Shown here piece after piece: positions 51,001 through 62,800 of a stretch of DNA of 64,000 nucleotides (within the stretch, counting starts at the first letter, position 1; each line of letters opens with the position of its first letter). Both the position numbers and the translations under genes were made by a program. The DNA is from Phallusia mammillata (taxonomy: Eukaryota). Where the stretch lies: assembly GCA_965637545.1 (NCBI GenBank), contig OZ281494.1:31558001-31622000 (forward strand), written 5' to 3'. The notes below the pieces were generated by a model. The model did not search any database. It was not told the origin of the DNA and saw only the letters and a list, made by a program, of their open reading frames with translations.

Positions 51001-51813
51001 AAGATTGTTAGGATGTTGTATCGAAACAATATAAATGCCATAAGTTGGTGTATCTTTTGATTTATTCCGTTAGCCATTGTTTTTATAGAACTTGAACGAG
51101 CTAGTCTCAAAGCAGACTAAGGTGAAACATCTGCAGTCGCTCAAGACGGCAAAATACACACCAATATGTCAGACTGAGGATGCTCTCAACACAGAGGTAA
51201 GTTAAAAGCTTTTAAATATGTGAGGTACACACAAACAGAAACCCAACCAAAACACTGAATGTAGATCAATGAATGGAGCCACAGTATATACCAGTCTTAC
51301 AATACGATACCAAAATAAAAACTTTTAAACTCACAACATTTGTTTACATTTTGTAATGCGTTGTTTGTAACCATGGCAACAGCAGCAGCGAAATGCCGTG
51401 GTTCTTTGGCCATGTTTCTCCTAAACCGGTTATCAATCGAACGTATAAGGGCACATCATGGATGAAAAGTGACATTAATATGGTTAAGTACGGCTACTTG
51501 TTGACTAACTTCATAGAAAGAGCACCAAACCATGGATCAATATATAGAGCGACAGACAATAGCAGTCCCAAAATAGTTAAAAATGCCAAAAATGAAAACA
51601 TTTGAAACTACCATTTTTATTTAAATTTTATTGTCAAATCCCACTCTAACGCCTTATATTGTGTAACCATGACAACAGCTGCAGCGACAGGAGGATCGCA
51701 TGCATCACATGATCAATATCTTGGATCGAATCAGTCAGGACTTTCCGCACGCTCAACAGGCCGTCCGTCGCATAGCAACCATCCATGGACCTCAGGACGA
51801 CTTCGCAAGCTAG
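39070..51813 (+). CDS. CCDC40: Coiled-coil domain-containing protein 40 (axonemal 96-nm ruler, partner of CCDC39), 973 aa, 20 exons
   Basis: Exons: 39070-39086, 39526-39592, 39987-40107, 40501-40586, 40924-41070, 41523-41742, 42374-42531, 43192-43332, 43824-43927, 44399-44642, 45100-45282, 45813-46058, 48031-48244, 49152-49321, 49494-49585, 49970-50090, 50281-50469, 50591-50749, 51089-51196, 51679-51813 (2922 nt, in frame). Signature segments: [101 protein letters not shown]. Confidence 0.96.
41773..42062. mobile_element. hAT-superfamily MITE
   Basis: TIR caggagggtgcaacct / aggttgcacacccctg; perfect TSD atctagta. A left-end fragment of the same family is at ~8444-8500. Confidence 0.88.
43456..43661. 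mobile_element. MITE of the cagagttgtaag family (hAT-like)
   Basis: Perfect 8-bp TSD aaatgtac; right TIR cttacaactcta; degenerate left TIR. Confidence 0.75.
44030..44170 (-). mobile_element. Diverged copy of the same SINE (tail+body)
   Basis: cagaccagcaatcacgg...acaccagg...ccaagcattcccacatatg...tagaaaaatc aligns by eye to copy 29623-29800. Confidence 0.6.
45317..45487. mobile_element. pogo/Tigger-like MITE
   Basis: Left end TA|cagtaaacctcggtta; degenerate right end taaccaagtattattg|TA. A homologous right-end fragment with a clean ccgaggtttactg lies at ~7940-8008. Confidence 0.6.
46147..46700 (+). mobile_element. DINE-1/HINE-like (Helentron-associated) non-autonomous element in CCDC40 intron 12; 3' end approximate
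   Basis: 5' ttattat followed by a perfect 9-bp hairpin gtccccttc-cct-gaaggggac (46156-46176), then a pyrimidine microsatellite (~46195-46265) and tandem core units starting at 46275 and 46433 (158-bp period) plus a partial third unit at ~46588. Confidence 0.65.
51367..51380. promoter_or_regulatory. X-box consensus in the last intron of CCDC40
   Basis: GTAACCATGGCAAC; a near-duplicate GTAACCATGACAAC at 51663-51676 abuts the last exon acceptor. Confidence 0.45.
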
Positions 51814-51957
51814 TCGTGACGTCATTAACCGATGACATCACGTTTTAGGATTTGTTTTGTAATATCGTGCAGCAACGGTGCGATAAATACAAGGCATGGA
51901 ACGTTTTTTACGCCCTGTTTTTTTGCAGCAGCATTAATGTATTGTTCTGTTTTCAGA

Positions 51958-51963
51958 AATAAA
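51958..51963 (+). terminator. Candidate polyadenylation signal of CCDC40
   Basis: First AATAAA, about 145 nt after the stop codon. Confidence 0.45.
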
Positions 51964-53685
51964 ACTGCTTTTGTTCCTAAAATAGTTTTGTTTTTTAACA
52001 CCAAAAAGTACATAATGTTTTGGATTTTTTTCAAAAGGAATGCTTACTAGTAGTGCATTTTTTTAGCCTACATGCAACATTGCATCAAAAGCGTTCCACA
52101 ACAAACAACAATTTTTCTGTTATTCTATACGTCATATTCGTGTGGAATACAGGCTTTTAACAAAGTTGCGTTAAACGGAAGCGAAAAACGCCTAATTTGC
52201 ACACGGTCCATTTGCAGTTCTCTCAAACCAATAAGCTTACCAGCACAATTTTTTTTGCGAAATTTCAAATTCCCCCAGAAACCACAAAAAAACATTTTTC
52301 CTCACTGAAAATACCACGAAGTGTTTTTCCCAAACTGTCGATTTGTAAGTTTAAAAAGGTAAAAAGAAACTTAATTCACTTAATTTATAAAGAGCAATTC
52401 GCGCAACTGAAGTAACAGCGAATTGCATTACTTCAATACAATTCAACCAATTAAGTGAACTCAAGAGAAACGCCACTTTTGGTAGGTCGCGGCAGGGTCA
52501 ATTAAATGCCATTGTTAAGTCACAAACAAACAACGAACGCCTAAACACCAGACGCCTTGCTGTTTACCTTGTCAATGAAAAACGCCTGTGGTTTAAGGGG
52601 AAGAATCAGGTAAAAGGTAGTGGCAGGTACCTGCTTGGTCAATTTGACCTAATGTTTAGCTTGCAGTTTTGGAGAAGGCTGTGACTTGCATCTAGTACTG
52701 TGTGTCACAGCAACTAAGCGAGTATTGTTTGACAAAATTGCTGGTTTTGCTTTATGATACGGACGTTCAGTTCCGGGATTATAATTAAATGTACACACTT
52801 TTGAAATTGGTGTAGTTATCATGTCACCAAGCTTATGAAAGATGTACTTATGAAAACCTATAGCAATTAACGGTTTCGGAAGCTGCTATTACTTGTAAAT
52901 TTGCTTTAGTTTATCATTGCAGCAAGGAATAAAAAAAATCAAGAATATGTTTCAATGAAGCCTACCTTTGTACAACCGTTGGTAGGAAAGCTTAATACCA
53001 TCCAAGCAACGCATTCTATAAACTGTTGCTATTAGGCTGCATTTTGTCCAACCGACTTCAAGATGTGTTTTCGTTGCGAGATTTCAACAAGTGATTTCGT
53101 TTCGATAAGGACATTTGGTTCAAAGTTCAAGTACAGATATTTGTTTTGTACCCATTAATACGAACTATTTGTTTTTGTCTTATACATTTGTGGCATGACA
53201 TTCCATACTTAAACGTACATGTCGTGATTGGTGTGTATAAGTTTGGGAAGGTCAATCTCCTAAAATTAACCCAAAAGTGACTGAGATTTTAACTGTAATT
53301 TGCTCAAAACGTACATTGGTGAATTTCAAGGTGCAAAAAATCTTTGGGCGTACAATTGTGGCACAACAGACGCTTTTAACCTAAAGAAACGCTTTAAGCA
53401 ATTCGAAATTTTCCCTCAGGCCCGGCACGACAAGCCGGCAATTTTGGTTTGCGGTCAGTCATGGGTGACGCTTTTTTCTTATTTTGCAAGACGAGATTGT
53501 GTCGTGTGAAACAGGATGCTACTGTGTGTGCAACGATTATTGGAAGCTGTGCAGAGTTTCAACATGTTTGTTTCTGATGTCCCTGCTGCTGTCTTAAGGA
53601 GGTTGACATACGTTTCTGATTTATTTGATTAAGAAACAAATCATGCAGGCGTTTCAGCAATCACTGTTGTCATCAGTGCAGGTCG

Positions 53686-53726
53686 TCCAATCGAGCTATA
53701 AAAACGGCCGTTAAGTGTTTCATTTA
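53686..53726 (+). promoter_or_regulatory. Candidate CCAAT-TATA-Inr core promoter, possibly of the metallopeptidase gene
   Basis: ccaat immediately upstream of TATAAAA (53697-53703), Inr-like tcattt 25 nt downstream, and a possible donor gtcagt shortly after. The next strong acceptor before the ATG is ttgtcgcag at 56849. Confidence 0.35.
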
Positions 53727-55349
53727 ATAAGTTTTCAAGTCAGTGTATAGTGTTCCTAAGTTTCTGATTTAACTTGCTCTAGATACATTCTGATAGGCAG
53801 AGCTAACTGTTTTAAGCTAACACAATTTAACTGTGATGATTTGCATAATTTTGGTGTTGCTCATGTATGGTAAAAGTACGCGAGTTTGTATGTAGTATTT
53901 GCTTAACGAACGTCACGTATTGTTTTTCTCCCAAATGCACTTGTCGAATACAGGTTTGCACATACTCGTAACTTATGTAAGTGTTTCTTAAGCAGCGTGT
54001 TTTTGACATTAAAACACTTGTTTTTCAAATATCGGCGCAACTGGATAACTTGTGGGTCTTGTGCTGCTTTTGTGAGACTGTAGTCCTATATTTAAGATGT
54101 AAGTGGATCTTTTGTCATATAAAAGTTCTTTGTAAGTTTTAAACACTTTGTATTCCAGGTTCGGACGTTTGTGCATAGTCTTAAAACGTAAACGACTACA
54201 TTGACCTAAATCAAATTTTCTATACATTTTAAAACTGTATTAGTGCATACTAGTGGGCCAAATGTCATGTTTCGGTTCATTTATGTATATAGCCTATATT
54301 CTGTGTGCAAAAATGCAAATCACTGTAAAATGTGGCCTATTGTGTGGTTCGTTTCGTAAAATAAATACAAACCGCGCGGTGTTTGTGATACCGAATTCTC
54401 CTTCCCAAACAATCGCCCGCGGTCTAGGAGGGCACCTTTCTCCTTACATTTTATTTTTGCGACCTAAGCGTTCAACCGGCATTCACCGAATTTCCTTTTC
54501 CCGCGCGCTACTAAATGGCAAAGAACCGCCGATTAGGAAATGCGCAGGCCTGCATCATGTCTTGGTGTTTTAAGTGATCGGTTTCGCTGTTGCAATGCAT
54601 GCAGCCAGATGTCGCTTGTGTGGCAGGATGCGTGTGTTTTCCATGAACTAAGGCTTAAAAGTAAGGAAGGTTGCTTGCGTTATATTTAAAAACTAGTATA
54701 ATAACTAGGTCAGTTTTGTATTTCTTGTTAAAACCTTGTTTTCTGGTATAGTAACATCACTGAATGCAAAACTGTCCGAAAAGCTTTTGTTACTGTACAC
54801 AACTAAGCTAAAACGATTTGGTTTAGGATGTAACCGTTTTAACAATGTACATTTTATCATTATAGGTCAAAGGAAGTAGTAAAAAGTTTATAAGTGTAGT
54901 TTCGTACTTGGTTAAACAGTAAACAGGTTATAAAAGTTTCAAGTCAATTTTCTTCCAAATTGTTGTCATAGCAAAGAGCTTAGTTTTGCCCGCGGTCATT
55001 TGTGAAATGCTTGCCCAATTTTCTGGTAGGAGGATTACAGACTTATTAAAGGCTTAGGGTGCGACTGTAACAACAATTTTAACGCAACAATGAATAGTCC
55101 TTGTTGGTCGGTATTATATTGACACGGCGCAATATCATTTGTGTTGGCGTAGTGTTGTGTTAGCTAGCAACTTGGCGCAGAAGTTTTTGCGTGATGCTTA
55201 AAAGAATTTAGTAGTAGTCAGCTTTTCGATGTGTGTTTTGGGCGTTGTCAAATTTTGGCTGTACTAAAACTTATTTGTGTCAATAGTGACTATAGTTATG
55301 GTGATTTTTGACTTTCGTAGATTGAATTGATACAATGTTGTTGGTTAAG

Positions 55350-55500
55350 CATGAGTTGAGTTGAGTTTATTTCGCCGGGTGAAACAAATCGTAACAGCAC
55401 AATTGCGCTAAAATATTTACCAAGCCGAAAACAGCTTCGAAACGTTGAGGCAAATGGGTGGTAAACGCGCTGCAGTTACTACATAGTGTTGTATGTCAGG
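55350..55500 (-). repeat. Copy of the same dispersed repeat
   Basis: gagttgagttgagtttattt...cacaattgcgctaaaatatttaccaagccg...aacgcgctgcagttac. Confidence 0.65.
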
Positions 55501-56892
55501 GACTAACACTGTATGATTAGGTTGAGACAGTAGGACATCGAAACTGGTGGGCTACGTTGGTGGAACCAGTCAAGTAAGGACTTAAAAGCTAACCAAGAAA
55601 GGTGCAGCCTAAACTATTGTTCAAACATTATTTTGCAAAATAGAGTACCGCACAGTTTTATACAGCGCCAAATAAGGCATAAAATGTATGCAGCATTGAA
55701 ACAGTAGCAATTATGACATTGCTGTCAGTAGTTGGCAAACCACTCTTACCGGCACAGCCGCAGGGCCAATTATTTTAAAGTCAGGCCAAGTGGTGGGCGT
55801 TGAGCCCTTGGGAGCTCATACGCATACCGAAGTTGGTAGGTTGCCTGCTTGGCTGTTATTACCAGATAGTATTATGTGATGAAACAATTATGCCACACTT
55901 TAATTGTATTTGGTGCTCTTGGTGATAAAATCTGCAAGTAAAAACTTGTTTAGCTTGAAAGTCAAAACTAACCACATTGAATTTGAAGGTCGTTGTAAGT
56001 TTCAAAGTATAATAGTGAGTGTAGTTGATGTTGGACTTAACAAATATAATTTCATGCTAAAGCAATGTTTTTTGTAGAAGACTTTTACCAAGACATTTAG
56101 GTCCACTTTAAGTATTTAGTCTATGCTAAATCAAGCAATACCGCAAAGTTTTTCGTGCGTTAAGACAGTCATTGGACCGTAAAGGGGACACAGGACACAT
56201 AGGCTTGATTTGGTTCAATTAAGTTGCACTGCCAAAATTGCTGGCATGTCCAAAAGGCACCTACAAAACCTTAATCGCCTTAATCTTTGTGTCTTTGTGA
56301 GTCGTTTTGCTTGTTACATGGCCCAAAACCGCCAACAAACTGAAAGGCTACTCTTTTATGGCTTTACTATTTGCCCACGCTTTAGTGCATGGTTGCGTCG
56401 CCATTGTATCGCTTGAGTTATATTGTTTGTAGAGGTCCCTTCTATCGTCGAAACCTGCTATTACTACAATTCTTCCCCTGTTTTTCATAAAACAGTCGAG
56501 CATATGCGTTGTGCCCATTTTGGCAAAGCAAACCAGTTTTTTTCCCTAGGGTATTTTTGTTGTGGTACGTTTCCGCCAGCAAAAAAGTTAAACTAGTTTG
56601 GTTTAAAATATTTATGATGCCTTACTGGACAGACTTGCAGTTTTTGTTTGAATGTATGCCAACTGTGGCAATCTATTCCAAAATCAAATGAAATTCCTTT
56701 TTTGTGCGTATGTTAGGCGAAAAGTATAGGGGATTCAGCGTTAAATATTGGAAATTTACTTTTGAATTTTGACATTGGACTTCATTAAGCTTTAATGTAC
56801 TTTCTTACGCATTATAGATCTGCATTTAAATACAACTATTTTGTCGCAGACTTGTTTTTAATAAGTCTTAGTCTCAACTTGAAATTGTAAGG

Positions 56893-59800
56893 ATGACTTC
56901 GTTGTATGCTGGATTTCGTCCTGGTGGCCGCAAACCTAGAGGTAAGTGTTAGTAAAAATAAATTGAAAAAAATCTAGGCAACTGTATTCATTTGAAACTT
57001 ACGCAAGATTTACAGGCATCGTACTTACTGTCTTAACGAAAAATATTTACATAAGCGGCCTAAATCACCTACTAACTATAAACATACAATTATTTCAGTT
57101 GACTATGCCAAATCTATCAGCGGCCTGTATGCGACTTCGAACAGAGACCAGAAGGTGGAGGTAAAAGTCGACGTGGACCAACCAGGCCCATACCAAACAG
57201 CTCTAAACATGATAAGTGGTACTCTGGTCGTTACTGGTGGACAAAAATGGTAAGGAATATACACGACTTGGTTTTAACGTAAAATCAACGTTTTGCAACC
57301 CTGTATTTGATGTTTAGACGTTGGTAGATTTTTAGCGTTATGCGTTTTGTTTACTTATTGATTTTTTTTCTTTTTTGGTGGTATGTTTGTGTTTTATAGG
57401 TCGATGATTTTGTTTGTGTTTAGCAAACAAGTGCGAAACGTTCTGTTATGAACTAACCTACGTTTTTGTGCGTTTACAAATCAATATATTAACAGGGAAA
57501 TATTAGGCTCATTTAGTTATTGGGTGTTTTACATTTAATTTGTGATCTAATGGATACCTCCACTGAACCTGCGTAGCTCAGTTGGTAGAGCGCGAGTCCC
57601 GGAAGAACTGTTGTCGTGGGTTCAAATCCCACCGCAGACTATATTTTTTCGCCTACGCCTTGCCATATGGTGGTGAATGCTTGATTAACGAGTGATTCGG
57701 TATGGTGCCTTCAATGGGCCTGGCGTACTAATTGTCTTACAATGCCGATTTTGTTCTTAAAATAGACCGCCTTAACATTTACTTTGAGAACACATAAAAT
57801 CACGTTGCAATAATAACAACGTCGGCCCCAATGCGAATTTTACACTAATCTAGTAAACTGGTTGTTTTAAAACTAGTATATGAAACATTAAAAAACAACT
57901 AATATTGTTTTTGATACTTTCATAAAAAATCTAATGCCGATTTAATTATTGGATGAAACTGCCCCAACTTAACTAAAGTTTAATGGTAAAAATAACGGCC
58001 CATATATAGACGTAAAAAGCGACATGCTTTATTTTTCAAACGTTTCGGTAAATGATCATGCCATCATCAGCTTTTTACATCTATATGGGCCGTTATTTTC
58101 ACCAATAAACTTATTAACTAAAGTCGATGCAAATCATAAAACAAGTCGGACTTTTTTTGCTAAATAAATTAACTAAATCACAATAACAGACACAATTTGA
58201 CCATAACCCATTCTAAGCATATTCCATCGACACAACTCTTAACTTTGAATATTCAAAGGACTGGAAAATCGACTGCTGCATTTTTTCGTTCTTATGCGGA
58301 CGGAGTGACTGTGACGTCACAGACAGATGGCACCCACGTGACCGCTGACGTGAACGTGACCTTGAGTGACGGCGGCAAAAGGGAGGGAACCATTACTGCC
58401 GTCGCGAAGACTGCAGGGAGACTAAAGCTCGACATGACAATCAAAATCGAAAACGCGCTTTTCCAATTCCACGGTGTTTCCCGGCAGAGTCAGGTATTTT
58501 TAATCAGTCAAATTCTGGCTTGTTTTTGTATGTAATCACCAGCGAAGGATGGCAACATATTGGTTTGTTTGTTAGTGCCGACCTTGCCACTGCTTTTTAC
58601 TGATTAATGTACAAAATAATCATAAGATCTAACGTATAGGTATGCTCCCTTAAAATTATTATGGTGTCTCACAAAGTCTTTACCCATGTGTAGGAACGTG
58701 TAGTGATGGGTTTAACGGTAATGTTCGCTGATGAGTCTCAAGGCTATAGCCGCGTCACTACAAATTAAAGAGGTATACCGTCCTAAACCTCCCGAGCTTG
58801 TCAGGACCGAGTCCTGCAAACTCCACACAAGTGTATTGCACTTCGGTTCGTTTCTTTATTGCTTCTGAAAGGCACAAGAAAGGGAAAGAAAATAATCGAA
58901 ATGAACCAGTGCGCTTTTATATATACCCGAGATAAAGGCGTTAAATCGTACACATGTACTATTGCGTTTGGCTCTTGCACAATTCCCACATAAAGCAACG
59001 TCTAATCACGGCACAGCACAAAACATACGGTTAAAGCACGTAAACACCAGATCACGAAGTCGCATCTACATCCTTATTAACTGCAACAGGAAATATTACA
59101 AGTTCGAACATGATTTGTCATTACAGTTGAATTAAGTTACTACACATTTGAACTTCCTCGCAGGCTTTGAGCTAACGAGTCAAAAACGAGCTATTTTGGT
59201 AAACAATTATTGCAAAGTTTGCACAAATTATGTCGCAATCGCTACAAACGCACTTCACTCGATAAGGCGTAAATGTTTGATAACATCAACTATAAACTAA
59301 ACAAAACTTAACAAACTTATTATGTTATAAATTGTTTTGGTGGCTAAGGAAACACTTTATTACCATTCGTTAAAAGTTTAAACGTACCACAGAAAATGGA
59401 AACACATTGCAAAAGCTAACATTGCTTAAAAAGCATAATTTCCACGAGATCAAACTTCCTGATGTTGCAGTAACACCAACATTTACCTGGCATCAAAATT
59501 TAGGACACTAGGTGAAAAGCGTAGCGTAAGACTTTGTATGATGTTACTATAAGAACCGTTCGATTGATTTAGAAAAACTGCCGAATATTCGGTTTCGGTA
59601 CGAACCTAATTTTGACGAATCGTTGCATTATTGGTTTTTTAAACTGACAGATATTTTTAACTGACCCTTGTGTTGTTGAACTTATTTACGATTCTCCAAA
59701 ACACCTTTTACAATACGTGAGCCAACCAACGACCTGAAATTTTGCAGACAAATTTGCTCGTGTTTTCAAAACAAAACAATTGTTGACAGAGTTGTAAACG

Positions 59801-62800
59801 GGCCTGAAACTGGAGCCCGAACCCGAATCGTCTTTGCGAAGACCCTTTGGGCCCGAAAGTTTAGTTGACAGGCCTAGAAGCCTAAGAAAAAAGCAAGACA
59901 AACACAATAGACAATTGGTCTTAAACAAGGCGTTTTAGGACTATTTGACATTAGGTCAGAACCAGCAACTGGCTACTTAGCTGGCTAAAATTATTCATAA
60001 AAATACTGACACAGAGTGTAAAGTCAGGCCCGAATCAAGCCATTTTTTTAAGAAACCCAAGCCCGAAATACCCGGCCCGATTACACCTCTGATTGGTGAA
60101 TCTGCGATCTTTCAAAAATTAAATCGATGATATTGAAAGTTTAGGCATTAGGTTTATGCACGTAAAAAGTTCCGGCCAAAACTAAAACATCCGCACAACT
60201 GCATATTGAACCGAAATTTCACTAGTTTAAACCCCTGCTACTTTACAGCACTTCCGTGACGTCACATTGGATATTGATTACGTCGACAAGAAGGTTTGGC
60301 CAATCATAGAGCTCAAGGATTTCACCACTGGTCCGATGGCCAACAGAAAGATTGATTTGTTTTCAGTTTTTGAGGATGCTGGTTTGAAACTTCGATATGA
60401 TGACGCTAATTCAGATAAGGTGAACTGTTTAGGTTGTTTTTATTAAATTTTCATAGAATGTGTAAAAAATATATTTACATTTTTTTTGTAAAACCGTTTT
60501 TTTCTACAAATCTACTTGACAAAAAAAGATATCACAAAATCCTGCTTTATTTGTTCAATAATTGTTTTCAAACAATATTCGATGTTTTTTCATTTCTCAA
60601 AATTTCTGACAATTTTTTGCTCCCCAGAAATAAAAAAATCCTAATATTAACGTCACAGGTTGCAGACCCGACACCAGGGACAGCGTGGAGCATGGCAGAC
60701 ATGTCAGCTGTAATGGATGACTTCTTTGATGAAGGAGGACTGACTGATCAGCACATTTGGTGTTTGATGGCAACTAATCCACCAGATTCAAGATACATGG
60801 GCTTTTCATTTGACAATAACAAAAAGAAGGGCTTCGGTCTGTTTCTTGGGTAAGGATTAAAATTAGGATAAGTTGTATTCCTACATCCTATATCAGTCAG
60901 TACGAATGCCTCAATAATAACATGTAAGGAATTGATTTCTAGTCCAGTTAATATATACATTGAGCCTTGTCGTGGGTTTTTTGAAAGTAAAAACTGTTTT
61001 TGTCTTTTAATCAAATTAGGGAATGCCAAATTGTTCCCTAAACTATACGTTAAGATTATTTGAATTGTAAAACATATTCTTCCAATTGCAATACTGTTTT
61101 TACGCATCTAAATATGTGTTAAATGCATTTTAATTCGAAGCAATGTATCAAACAACTTATAAATCGTACCATACTTTAAACTGATAGATTTTTTTGTGTT
61201 TAGCCACACTTCCTTTAACGGAATGGAAAGCGACGAAAAAAAGGTGAAGGTGAATGCTACGCGTCGTTTTCTCCACTACCTGGCGCACGAGTGCGGTCAC
61301 TGCCTTGGTCTTTCCCATCCGTTTGAAGAAGGTGATTTTAACAACGTTTCACCGAACAAATATTTAAACTTCTCAAGTAATGTTTATTGGCTACAAAACC
61401 GAATGCAATCATGAACGCCAATTTGACAACTCCATTTCCTTTGTCTGTCTTGAATGACTTGTCCTGTATTGAAAGATCTGTTCGTTTAATATAGGCAATA
61501 TATACTTGCAACAAAAGATCCATAAATTTAGCTTTTGTGTCTGTTTTCCCATTCACTGTATAGTCAAGAGTCATCACTATAGAACAGTGATTCTTATACT
61601 TTGCATTAAAAAACTAAAATTTCCTTCCGCGGCACACTTCGCAGGTAAACATAAAAAAGCTGTTCAAATAATATTCATTTTCAACTTTATTGTGATGGGT
61701 AAGGATGTTTGTCATTTCCAGTAACAAGAATACTAGCTTAGAAACATTGTCATGCACACCAGTATTTCGTCACAAAGTCCTAAACACCAGGAAATATTTT
61801 CACTTTAAAATATAGAATATTTCGCAGAGCACAATTTTCTGGACCTTTTTTCGATTTTCAGGTTTTCTGGGGGGTTCTAGAATCAATTCCAGTCTACCTT
61901 GCAGCGCTAACCCTAATCATAAAGTATAGTAACGTATTATTCTCTTGTAATCTTGCTAGTGTCAAAAGCTTGTGGGTTCTAATCCCGCTTCAGCCACTTG
62001 TGTTTCACTGGACAAAAAAGTTAAACGAAATGCTGAAAACCCACAGTAAAAAACAAAACTAAATAAATATTGATTTAACGGACTTATAATAAACACCCAA
62101 CACTACGACGATCGTATTCTAAACACAACACTGTCCGGCGCCGAGAATAAGAATACAACAAATAAACAAATTAACATTTGCTTGTGTCTGTTTAGGTAAA
62201 TCTGATGCCTTGTCGTGGATGAACTATGCATGGAAGTACGACAGTTTGTACGGAGCTGGGTCTTTCTACGATTTCTTTAAATATCAATTCTCTGATAATG
62301 AATTGGTGATTTTACGCCACCAACCTGACAAGGTAAGTTGCATATTCTACCAGTTTTTTTTAATGCGAAATTGATTTTATTATCCGCTTTCCAACTACAT
62401 TTTATATTGAAATCAGTATCAACTGGTCGTTTTGTTAAAAATATACTAAAACAACAACATGTTTAGTATACTTGTCAACAAAACCAGTTTAGGTCTAATT
62501 TACAACTGAAGTGCTAAAAAAAAAAAAAAAATTAAATATTTATTTTTACAAACAAGTGTGTTATAAACTTTAAAGGGGTTCTCAATCGGGGGCCCATGAG
62601 GTATATTTTACATAATTTGGTGGCATATTTACGTATGGAAATATTTATGCGAAATATGCAAAACTAGTGGTACGAAAACGCTTCTATTATGCCAAAAGAA
62701 AAACTTAAGAAAATGCGTTTGAAAACCTGGTTCTAAAGCATCACGTATGCCCCAAAAAACGTTGTGCATTTTTTTGTCTGCAGCCTTTCAAAGACGCTTA

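Noticed and set aside
52000-56800. Short ORFs in the CCDC40-metallopeptidase intergenic region
   Set aside because: No recognisable motifs, no phase-consistent exon chain, and low-complexity translations.
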